Source of the DNA: Candidatus Fermentithermobacillaceae bacterium
Lineage (GTDB): Bacteria > Bacillota > Sulfobacillia > Fermentithermobacillales > DUSS01
Length of the DNA stretch: 64,000 nt
Direction of reading: 5' to 3'
Assembly: GCA_014896535.1 (NCBI GenBank)
Contig: JADBKE010000007.1
Location: 68,571 to 132,570, forward strand
The notes under the pieces were generated by a model. The model did not search any database and was not told the DNA's origin. It worked only from the letters and a program-made list of their open reading frames with translations. Position numbers and translations under genes: made by a program. Shown here one piece after another: positions 39,524 to 47,890 of this stretch; position 1 is the first letter of the stretch; the number at the start of each line of letters is the position of its first letter.

Positions 39524-41554
39524 TTAAGCGCCCTCAGTTTGAACGCTTACCGGTGAACCGTACTCGGTTCGGGCAGTTAGCGGTGGACCATGTCCTGTTC
39601 CGGCAGTCGCCGGCGAAGCAGTCTCCAGCTCGAGTAATTCCACGTCTTTTCTGAGATCACGTAGGTCCCAGCGCCGCTTCTGGTACACCGTGAACGCGCA
39701 GTTGTCCCAGTACCGAGATTCCTGAAGATCTCCTTGCTGTTCAAGGAGCTTCGAAAGCCACAGAGCAGCGCAGGCGGAGTCCCGTTCATCGCCGCTCTTA
39801 CGGAAATAATCAAAAGCCTGCCTTGCGCAGGAAATGGCTTGCCTCAGTTTGTTTTGCTGCTTGAAAATGGATGACCGGGTCAAACGAATCCAGCCGATTT
39901 CGTTATGGTTCCTTTCATTGAGGATCTGCTCAGCCTTCCTGAGCAAGGTCTCAGCTTCTTCCAGTTCACCCATTCTAGCATAGATCTTGGCGAGCTCCAC
40001 CTGGGTGTAGGCTATATTAGGATGGGCTGGGTTGTCGACATATGGACCCGCGCCCTTCTCGATGTGCTCCTTGGCTTCTTGTAACCGGCCCTCGCGGTAA
40101 AGGATCATCCCCAGGTTATTATGGGCAGCAGCCCGGTGAGCTTCTGTGGCATGTTCGTCCTGCAAAACACTGAGGAACCTCTGTTTAGCTGCAACCCACT
40201 TACGTTTTCGAAGATGGATGATTCCCGTAAGTAGCTCGTAATTGCACCGCAAGAATCCGATCCTGGGGTCTGCCGAATCTTGCCCCGAGAACCAATCCTC
40301 CAGTTTGGCACACTGTTGCTCGGCAGCATCCAGTCTTGTCAGTTCGATCAAACATGAGATGCTTGAGCAAAGGAGAGCCCCGTAGGTGTATGATCGTGCT
40401 AAGTGTTGTTCCTTAAGGCCCTGACGGTACCAGCGAAGAGCACCTACTGGATCTCTATCGAAGAATGCGTGTCCCATCCGAAGGCACACTTCGGCAGTCA
40501 AATCGGCAGTCAGATCGGATAGCCGGTCCTCGGTGGCGCAGCTCAGGGCAAGCGACCCGAGGGCTCTGGCGGCATCGCCCTCACCTGCCAATACCATACA
40601 GCGTGCGGCCTCACACAGGAGAATCGCCTCCTCACGACGGTTCTCGATCATACGACGGAGCAGAGCGGCTCTATGCCATGCATCTGCTGCATCAGTGAAC
40701 AAGCCGTCCTTCTCGAATAGCCGGGCAGCATGCTCAAATCGAAACGATGCTTGGTCTATGAGGCCCGCACGGAGGAGGCACCGGGCCAGCCTTAGTTGAA
40801 AAAATGGGCCCGAATCTGGATACATCTCCATGGCCCTGGCAAGGGTTAGGTACATTGCTTTAATCTTGTCTTGAGTGTAGACACAACTCAATGGGAACTG
40901 AGGAGCGGCTGCGCTCAGGTTTACGCGATATCCGTCGGTGCTTTCCGCTAGAGTGATCAGGCCCCGAGCTTGAAGATTTGAGGCTAGCTCGATAAACGCT
41001 TGCTCCGTAAGGTTCGCTGTGGCAAGCACCCACTCGCTTCTCGCGTGCGGGCCAGCAATGTGGCACACTGCAAGAAGTCTCTTTTCGGGTTCCTCCAGGG
41101 CAACTGTATCCGCGATCACCATCGAACTGTGGGATTGGAGTTCCTTGATAACAGTAGCCAGGAAGTTCCGCACTGTGCGCGCTTCCGCATCGTTCAGCAT
41201 GCCTGTTGTTAGGTAAAAAGGTGCCCTAAAATCGTGGCCGCGAATTAGGTCCAGAAAAGTATCGATAACTTGACGAAGTCTCATGCGGTCCCGATCTTGC
41301 AGTGAGGGCTGCGTCCGATCGGTTTCCCACGTAGATAACTCGGGCAGTTCTTCAGAGTACAGCACAGACAACGGGACCCCCAGAAACGAGGCGATCCGAT
41401 CCTTCATGTCGTCGCTAAGCCCTTTGGCCCCGTTCAGTACCAGTGAAAGATGCGAAGCGGAAATCTGCGTTCCTTTGGCCAGGTCCTTCAGTCGAAGGCC
41501 TCTCATCTCGAGGAATGCTTTCACGTTACGGGAAAAGAGCGCTTGTGACGGCAT
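39524..41554 (-). CDS. XRE-HTH plus TPR-repeat transcriptional regulator (RRNPP-like architecture)
   Basis: N-terminal LKDLAKGTQISASHLSLVLNG HTH and many TPR motifs (e.g. AAAHNNLGMILYREGRLQEA); AGGAGG RBS. Confidence 0.82.
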   Translation of the reverse strand: MPSQALFSRNVKAFLEMRGLRLKDLAKGTQISASHLSLVLNGAKGLSDDMKDRIASFLGVPLSVLYSEELPELSTWETDRTQPSLQDRDRMRLRQVIDTFLDLIRGHDFRAPFYLTTGMLNDAEARTVRNFLATVIKELQSHSSMVIADTVALEEPEKRLLAVCHIAGPHARSEWVLATANLTEQAFIELASNLQARGLITLAESTDGYRVNLSAAAPQFPLSCVYTQDKIKAMYLTLARAMEMYPDSGPFFQLRLARCLLRAGLIDQASFRFEHAARLFEKDGLFTDAADAWHRAALLRRMIENRREEAILLCEAARCMVLAGEGDAARALGSLALSCATEDRLSDLTADLTAEVCLRMGHAFFDRDPVGALRWYRQGLKEQHLARSYTYGALLCSSISCLIELTRLDAAEQQCAKLEDWFSGQDSADPRIGFLRCNYELLTGIIHLRKRKWVAAKQRFLSVLQDEHATEAHRAAAHNNLGMILYREGRLQEAKEHIEKGAGPYVDNPAHPNIAYTQVELAKIYARMGELEEAETLLRKAEQILNERNHNEIGWIRLTRSSIFKQQNKLRQAISCARQAFDYFRKSGDERDSACAALWLSKLLEQQGDLQESRYWDNCAFTVYQKRRWDLRDLRKDVELLELETASPATAGTGHGPPLTARTEYGSPVSVQTEGA

Positions 41555-41620
41555 GAGTGATTCCTCCTGGAAAAGGCCTGTTCGTCTTCCGTACGCTACG
41601 CTTACATTTGCGGTACCTGC

Positions 41621-41878
41621 TCAGCTTCTACGATCCTGGTTCCCCCGATCGACGGGTGTAGGGCATCCCCTCCAATAGGGGGCTTCGGAGGCATCTGCGG
41701 ACCGTGGCGGACAACGTGGGGGGGGGTTCTCCCTACTGCCGATATCGATTAGGAGTCCAGATGGGCACGACCAGACCGTGTCCGTACCCGAAAAGGCAGA
41801 CCATCCCACGAACCAGAAGACCGTCAGCCACACCACTAAAGTCATAAAGAAGGATTTTGTAGTACGACTTAGCCTCAC
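41621..41878 (-). CDS. Small signal-peptide-bearing protein, putative signalling peptide precursor
   Basis: GGAGGTG RBS before GTG; basic N-terminus, hydrophobic stretch and Pro/Cys-rich tail; immediately upstream of the XRE-TPR gene. Confidence 0.6.
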   Translation of the reverse strand: MRLSRTTKSFFMTLVVWLTVFWFVGWSAFSGTDTVWSCPSGLLIDIGSRENPPPRCPPRSADASEAPYWRGCPTPVDRGNQDRRS

Positions 41879-41983
41879 ATCTGGCCACCTCCCCTGTTAT
41901 CTGTTCTTTAACCGCCCATTGCTTTCCTTCTCAGGAAAGTAGGATACTGGAGCATAGCGCAGGAGAGATACCTCTACCTTGCT

Positions 41984-42017
41984 TGTTTGCCGTAAGAATA
42001 GTTTTTGACGGCGAACA
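41984..42017. promoter_or_regulatory. Imperfect palindrome, candidate operator between divergent units
   Basis: TGTTTGCCGT-N14-ACGGCGAACA with 9 of 10 positions complementary. Confidence 0.45.
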
Positions 42018-42282
42018 TATACATGGCGCAGCCGTATCAACGGTCCCAGTGCTCGGGAATTTGCCGGTAAGCGACTCGGACCTCGGACACACGTGCCAGG
42101 GAGTTCATCCAATATCCCGCGTTTTACCCCCGGTGAACCACATGAAACGTGGAAGCACCAAGCAGCTTGATCCAGGCCGACTAGCCTTGTACTGTCTGAA
42201 TTGGGGACTTCATCTGGAGTTGCCGCATGCTGAAAGGAGGGCTTCGCACGAAACCAGGCTAGACTCGAAGGAGGTGAGAAAT

Positions 42283-42414
42283 GTGTTCAAAGTGGAAAAG
42301 GTGAGTCTCCCAGCTTCCACGGGTCTGATCCGCCTACTCGCTGACGGAAAATGGTGCGGCTCGGGGTGTGGCGACGGTTGCGGCAGGGGGTGCGGATTGG
42401 AATGCTACAACTGA
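42283..42414 (+). CDS. Cys-rich RiPP precursor peptide with (CGxG)n core
   Basis: AAGGAGGTGA RBS then GTG; MFKVEKVSLPASTGLIRLLADGKWCGSGCGDGCGRGCGLECYN; directly upstream of the rSAM-SPASM ORF. Confidence 0.8.
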   Translation: MFKVEKVSLPASTGLIRLLADGKWCGSGCGDGCGRGCGLECYN

Positions 42415-42453
42415 TGGAAGCATCTGGCAGACTCCCTGAATTCATCGCGCAGC

Positions 42454-43494
42454 GTGGCAACGCGACTTTCGATGACGCCTGAATCGGCGGTAGCTATAGC
42501 TCGAGCCTGTGTTGAGAAAATAGGAGGGCCCGACTTCTACATGTTTTTCGGCGGCGAACCCACCATGAACATTGCAGCAATCAACCGGGTATTTGACGCG
42601 CTCGGCGGAGACAACGCTCCACAGTTGTTTGGAATTGTGACTAATGGCACCTTTTCGCGGAAGGAAATTCAGCACCTTCTCGAAACCCACAAGATGACCC
42701 TGACATTCAGCATCGATGGTCCCCAGGACATACACGACTTTCTGAGACCCTACAGCGATGGGCGCGGCTCGTTCAATACCGTCCTAGATAACTTACGGTG
42801 GGCTCAGCAGTTCACTAGAGTAGGCGTTGAAGCTACTTTCACACCAGATCATATAAAACGTGGGTACTCTCTTGTAGACCTGATCGAGTTCTTTCATAGC
42901 ATCGGGATAGACGGGCCTCATATCGTGCCAGTAGCACCCAGGAATGGTTACCGCGGGTTCGAGCCCGATATCCTAATACGCGAGTACAAACAAGCTATTG
43001 ACTATTGTCTACAGTCATTTGTCGAGGGCCGTCCCCGCTGGTACACGCTCCTAGTGAACATTCTCGGCGCTTTTGCCGACGGTCGCAAGCGCGAGTACCT
43101 TTGTCCTGCAGGTGTTTCGACCCTCTGCGTCGATTCCAATGGAGACCTTCATCCGTGCTTTATGTTTGTGGGTGCAGCGGAATTCCTGCTAGGGAACATT
43201 TTCCATCTCGACAAATCCGATTTTGAAAAACGAAGAGACACCTTTATCCGGGCCGCACGCAAGTCCAACCGCAGTAATTGCAGTTCTTGCTGGGCCTCTA
43301 ACATATGCGGCGGCTGTATGGGAAGTGCTTTCTGGGCGACCGGGTGCCTTACAGACAATGACCCCGCATGGTGTGAGCTCCAGAGGCAGACCATTGCGTA
43401 CGCTGCACAGAGGCTTTCCAAACTCCACAGCGATCAAGCAGCCTGGCAATGTTTCGTGGACACACTCACAAAGGCAACAAACGACGTCGAATGA
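42454..43494 (+). CDS. Radical SAM/SPASM peptide maturase lacking the N-terminal CX3CX2C (possibly a pseudogene)
   Basis: FFGGEP, VTNGT, SIDGPQDIHD..R, CPAG..GDLHPC and CSSCWASNICGGC..C; no cluster motif within the ORF and no clear RBS. Confidence 0.8.
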   Translation: MATRLSMTPESAVAIARACVEKIGGPDFYMFFGGEPTMNIAAINRVFDALGGDNAPQLFGIVTNGTFSRKEIQHLLETHKMTLTFSIDGPQDIHDFLRPYSDGRGSFNTVLDNLRWAQQFTRVGVEATFTPDHIKRGYSLVDLIEFFHSIGIDGPHIVPVAPRNGYRGFEPDILIREYKQAIDYCLQSFVEGRPRWYTLLVNILGAFADGRKREYLCPAGVSTLCVDSNGDLHPCFMFVGAAEFLLGNIFHLDKSDFEKRRDTFIRAARKSNRSNCSSCWASNICGGCMGSAFWATGCLTDNDPAWCELQRQTIAYAAQRLSKLHSDQAAWQCFVDTLTKATNDVE

Positions 43495-43506
43495 GAACGG
43501 GAGGTA

Positions 43507-45162
43507 GTGATTCCTATGATCGCTAATTTTGCATGGATGTTCCCTTTGATGCGCAGATATCGTGTACTGACGGCTGTGGTGATAGGGATAGGGGTATTTC
43601 ACTGTGTGGCGCGTATGGGCTATCCCTGGGCTCAGAAGGTCTTCATAGACTCGGTAATCATGCCGAAACGAGCCGACTTGCTACCCGCAGCAGCAGCCCT
43701 GTTTGTCGCGACTGCAGTACTTGAGATCGGGGCAATGCTTCTCAATACATACATCTCGACCCTTTACTCGCAGAAGATATTGCTCTCGCTCAGAGAGGAG
43801 ATATACGGGAAGTACCGGGCCAGTAGTTACGTAACGCAAACCCGAGTTGAGCCTGGTAAGGTAGTATCACTGATGCTATCGGACGCCTCATCTGTGAGCG
43901 AGACTTTTAATGAGGTTATTCCCGAGCTGGCTGGTACGCTTGGAACATTAATCGTATACACGGCGGTGCTAGTTGCCCTGAATTACCGCCTTTTCCTGAT
44001 AGCACTGCTATTCCTACCCATTTATCTGCTCGGCCCAAGGCGATTCTCCCCGGTCCTGTACGGCCGCGGCCAGCAGGTACAGTCTGCGATAGAGGGTCTG
44101 AACTCGGTTCTCCAAGACGATTTAGCCAGGACCACTGACGTGTACGCAGTGGGGGCCAGAAACTGGTCGGTGGCACGTGTCCTTCAAGCCGCAAAGCAGG
44201 TGATGTCCGCGGTCAAGAAGCAAGCAATAGCTCTCCAGTTGCTGGGTTCATCAGTATTCGGTTCACTCATCATCTCCCAGGTCACCCTGCTCGTGGTTGG
44301 CGGCTACTTCGTGATCAACGGTACGATGCAGCTCGGACTCCTTCTTGCTTACGTGTCTTACACATCAGGGTTCTTCAATGCCTGCAAAGAGGTTTTCAGG
44401 GTGTCCGCAAGTCTTGCTGGACCTAAGGCGGCTTGGGACCGGATAACCGAGTTTTTGAAGACACTAGATCCAATCCCTAGTGAAGGTGAGCCGGCGGAGT
44501 TGACCGTACCGTCAGTGCTCCTCGAGGGCATCACTTTTGGGTACCAGCCGGACTCGCCTGTTATCCATGAGGTAAGCTTATCCGCTGACAGAGGTTCTAC
44601 ACTTTGTATTGTGGGTGCGAGTGGTTCAGGTAAAAGCACCGTTCTCCAGATAATCGCCGGATTCTTAAAGCCGTGGCGAGGAGTGTGCAGGGTGTTTGGG
44701 CACGAGACTTCCGGACTACATCCCGACGAACTCAGAGGCGCGGTGTCGTATGTGGTGCCGAATCCCCGAATGTTCCACGCCAGTCTGAAGGAGAACATCC
44801 TTCTCGGCAGAGAAGTCCGTCCTGAAGGTCTCGCCGCGGCCTGTGAAGTATCCGGAGTGAACGAGTTCGTAAAGGAACTGCCCGACGGTCTTGATACTGT
44901 GCTTGGGGACAAAGGTTACGGGCTGAGTTTGGGTCAACAGCAGCGAGTGGGTCTGGCGAGGGCTCTGGTTGGCAGGCCGAAGATTCTCGTTCTAGATGAA
45001 GCACTCTCGGGTGTGCATCCGCCGTTAGCAAGCCAGATCCTGACGCGCCTCAAAGAGTTCCAGCGGGATGGCATAATCATCCTCGCGACACACCGGGCGG
45101 ATACTATAGCCCACGCAGATCGAGTCGTTAACCTGGAGAATGGGAGATGCGTTGGGCCGTAA
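43507..45162 (+). CDS. ABC exporter (fused TMD-NBD, no C39 peptidase domain)
   Basis: Multi-TM N-terminal half; GASGSGKS, LSLGQQQR, LDEA and THR motifs. Confidence 0.92.
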   Translation: MIPMIANFAWMFPLMRRYRVLTAVVIGIGVFHCVARMGYPWAQKVFIDSVIMPKRADLLPAAAALFVATAVLEIGAMLLNTYISTLYSQKILLSLREEIYGKYRASSYVTQTRVEPGKVVSLMLSDASSVSETFNEVIPELAGTLGTLIVYTAVLVALNYRLFLIALLFLPIYLLGPRRFSPVLYGRGQQVQSAIEGLNSVLQDDLARTTDVYAVGARNWSVARVLQAAKQVMSAVKKQAIALQLLGSSVFGSLIISQVTLLVVGGYFVINGTMQLGLLLAYVSYTSGFFNACKEVFRVSASLAGPKAAWDRITEFLKTLDPIPSEGEPAELTVPSVLLEGITFGYQPDSPVIHEVSLSADRGSTLCIVGASGSGKSTVLQIIAGFLKPWRGVCRVFGHETSGLHPDELRGAVSYVVPNPRMFHASLKENILLGREVRPEGLAAACEVSGVNEFVKELPDGLDTVLGDKGYGLSLGQQQRVGLARALVGRPKILVLDEALSGVHPPLASQILTRLKEFQRDGIIILATHRADTIAHADRVVNLENGRCVGP

Positions 45163-45169
45163 CACTTGA

Positions 45170-45420
45170 GGTCTGTCTGAGGTAAGGCGCGCCGAGTCCC
45201 CGTAGGTGTTAGGGAACCGGAAGCGCCTTAGCTTTCCGCCGACCAGCTCTGTACCCTCGCAGTAGCCCTGATACGCGTCAAAAGCAACGTAGTGCACTGG
45301 ATCACCCCTGCGAACCCTGGGGGCACGGACGGAGTTGTGCGACATCCACCTATCCGGGCTCGTGCCCACCGGGCGGGTCGTTGGGGACAGCTTCTTCGTG
45401 TCACGAAAAGTTATCTCAAT
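45170..45420 (-). mobile_element. IS110-family remnant (transposase N-terminus plus left non-coding end)
   Basis: AGGGGTGA RBS then GTG 45297; HYVAFDAYQGYCE..GKLRRFRFPNT resembles the IS110 DEDD N-terminus; truncated after about 40 aa. Confidence 0.6.
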
Positions 45421-45537
45421 CCGAGACAAGGTGCTCGTGCATCTACCCTATCGTTGTTCCTTTTTCAACCTCGGCCTGTACGGCAGAAGTAACCACTTTC
45501 GCAGCAACCTTGGCAGCATGCCCGGAAATAATGGTCG

Positions 45538-45567
45538 AGCGGCACCTGCTTACGAGGTGCCGCTTTT
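45538..45567 (+). terminator. Intrinsic terminator-like hairpin
   Basis: AGCGGCACCT-7 nt-AGGTGCCGCT followed by TTT. Confidence 0.6.
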
Positions 45568-45647
45568 CACTAGCTGGCGGTGAGGGCCGCGATCCTCTGT
45601 CGTGGCATCCAGCATTACCACCGCCGGGTCATTTGGGAGACGGTCGT

Positions 45648-46149
45648 CTAATCGCCTTCAGTTTCGGAACCGCCTATTTCCCGAGCGTCCTCATATTCTC
45701 CGCTGTCCTGTGCGAGCACCGTTCCGTTACCCGCATCAACCTTGACGTCCACGGTCCCCGTCGACGTCTTTATTTCGACGCTGTATACCACGTTACCGTT
45801 TTCATTATCGAGAGAAACCTTGACGACCTGTCCCGGCACCGCCTTCAGGGCGCTCGCAGTAGCTTGTTCGGGGGTGATTTTCGCCAGTTGCTGCAAGGAC
45901 CTGCTTTCGGTCGCTTCGTCGTCCTGATTATCGTCTTCTGCGGTATCCTGCGGGTTCGGCACGCGGATAGAGGCTGTGTACGACGGGTTTTGGGCTTCAT
46001 GCTGTCCCTGTGCTGGAGCAGCGTTTTGGGTTGCCGGTTGCGTAACCCCTGCTGCCTGGCCTACCCCATTTGCCGCCTTTGCCGTCTGAGCGTTGTACAC
46101 GCCCAGACCGGCGAGTCCCCCAAGTGTCAGCATCCCCAAGACCAAGCAG
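45648..46149 (-). CDS. Secreted PepSY-domain protein
   Basis: Signal peptide MSKKLIACLVLG; AKITPEQA..AL..VPG..LDNENG..VYSVEI..VDAGNG; the listed 173-aa ORF is given as 45648..46169. Confidence 0.85.
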
Positions 46150-46360
46150 GCTATCAGTTTCTTGCTCATTTGAAGTACCTCCTGTCAACTGCGGTTAGGC
46201 TGGAATTCTTCTGATTGACTTATCCCTGTTCGCCAACATCAACCGTCTCTTGACACTTCATCTCCGGTACAGAGCTAGTCACCCCCTTCGCGCTGGGTTT
46301 CGAGAAGCCACAGCCGTTTCCGGCTCAGTAGGCAATCTACTCGACTCATTTTGGAATTCC

Positions 46361-46410
46361 ATTAAACCTCAGTTAGAAGCAGATTAAACTTGAGCTTAAG
46401 GATTTTCTAA
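46361..46410. promoter_or_regulatory. Tandem 11-bp-spaced TTA(A/G) boxes, OmpR/PhoB-type binding site
   Basis: TTAA/TTAG at 46362, 46373, 46384 and 46396, between the divergent PepSY and response regulator genes. Confidence 0.55.
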
Positions 46411-46446
46411 TCTCGCACCTGTAGAAGTAATCTGGGTGGTTGCGCT

Positions 46447-46572
46447 ATGGAAACAAACGCCAAGCCTCGCATTCTCGTGGTTGAAGATGAGGCCAGCCTG
46501 GCCCGTTTCCTTCAACTGGAACTGAATCACGAGGGTTACCATGTAGAGATAGCCCGAGACGGATGTGAAGCT
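46447..46572 (+). pseudogene. OmpR-type response regulator N-terminal fragment
   Basis: RILVVEDEASLARFLQLELNHEGYHVEIARDG; homology ends before the phospho-acceptor Asp, just ahead of the convergent gene. Confidence 0.8.
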
Positions 46573-46591
46573 CACAACCGAAGAGCTCAGA

Positions 46592-47446
46592 CTAACTCCC
46601 CTCTACAGCCCTGCGCGCCCACGCAAGGGCTTCGGCTATGTCTTTGTAGGGAACGCGATGAGCCCTGTCGTCGGGGTTTCTCAGGATCATGGCTTTCTGG
46701 AACTCTTCCATTGCCAGTAGGACATCACCCTGACTGCGCGCCCAGACGCCCATCCAGTAATGAGCGTCAGGGTTTCTCGGAGCAGACTTGAGGGCTTTTT
46801 GAAAATGAAATCCGGCCTGCTTATGTTCCGCCTGGGCCATGTAAACGGCGCCCAGTCCGATGTGGGCCTCGGCTAGAGTCGGAAGGTCTTCGAGAACCTT
46901 TTGATAGGCGGACGCAGCGGCCTCAAGTTCCCCCTTGGCCGCGAGGACTTCCCCCAGGGCCATCGAAGCTAGGGGGCCGTCACTTGTGAGCTCCTGACAC
47001 CGGATGGCTTCCGCTAGAGCTTCTTCGTGACGACCAAGCCGGGACAAAATTCTGGCGAGGAGGTAGTGCGCGTGCGGGTCCGAAGGCGTTCTTTTGAGAC
47101 CCTCTTCGAGAAGTCTCGCCGACTCAGGAAGATCGCCCTCTCCCCAGGCGAGGCTTGCCAGTGCCATGTACGCTGCTTCGGTAGCTTTTCCGGTATCCAC
47201 CGCCCTCCTGTAGCGGAGGTTAGCTTTGTCGTAGTCGTGCCATAGCCACCTGTCGAGGAAACCGGCGTGTTCGAGAAGGATTTCGCGCCAGATGAACCAT
47301 CCCAACAATACCCAGACGAAAAGGGCCAGGAGAACGAACCTTCCGTCAAGGCCTTTCCATATGTAAGCAGCCCAACCTCCGAGCACAATGATGAGAAAAC
47401 CGGCATTCCACGGATGCCTCCACGAAAATCTGACGGGCTCTCGCAA
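46592..47446 (-). CDS. Membrane-anchored TPR-repeat protein
   Basis: Two TM helices followed by several TPRs; start estimated at TTG 47446 after GGGGGTG. Confidence 0.8.
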   Translation of the reverse strand: MREPVRFSWRHPWNAGFLIIVLGGWAAYIWKGLDGRFVLLALFVWVLLGWFIWREILLEHAGFLDRWLWHDYDKANLRYRRAVDTGKATEAAYMALASLAWGEGDLPESARLLEEGLKRTPSDPHAHYLLARILSRLGRHEEALAEAIRCQELTSDGPLASMALGEVLAAKGELEAAASAYQKVLEDLPTLAEAHIGLGAVYMAQAEHKQAGFHFQKALKSAPRNPDAHYWMGVWARSQGDVLLAMEEFQKAMILRNPDDRAHRVPYKDIAEALAWARRAVEGS

Positions 47447-47890
47447 GAAACGTACACCCCCCAAAGCCTTGGCAGCTGTTCCCGATGGCCCCGGTGGCAA
47501 AGGGCACCTGTACCCCGAGGCGCATATCCCGCAAAGAAGGATTCCCCGGATCACCTTGCTTGCTTCACATTTTGAGGCCTCTGCGGATGAAACCGCGCGG
47601 AAGACCTTTCGGGCGGCAACAGACTCAGGTCCAGCCGGCGTACACCGAACGGGCACCTCGCTCATTCGCCGGCGTTATTCTGTGGACGCGGTTGCACTTG
47701 ACTACCAGGTTCTGGTATATTGTGATCGCCGGTGGCAACAAGGGCCTATCAAGAGATGAAATCAACACTTGCCGTCTTTGGCAATCAGGCTCACGCCCGG
47801 AGTAGCAACAAGGGCCTGTTGAAATACGAAACCAAAACACGCCCCCGCATCTGGTCAGCCAGGAAAGGATTTTTCCGGCAACGAGCACGG

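Noticed and set aside
41983-42414. 143-aa ORF as listed in the track
   Set aside because: No RBS at 41983 and it spans the control region; the AAGGAGGTGA RBS points to GTG 42283, giving the 43-aa peptide
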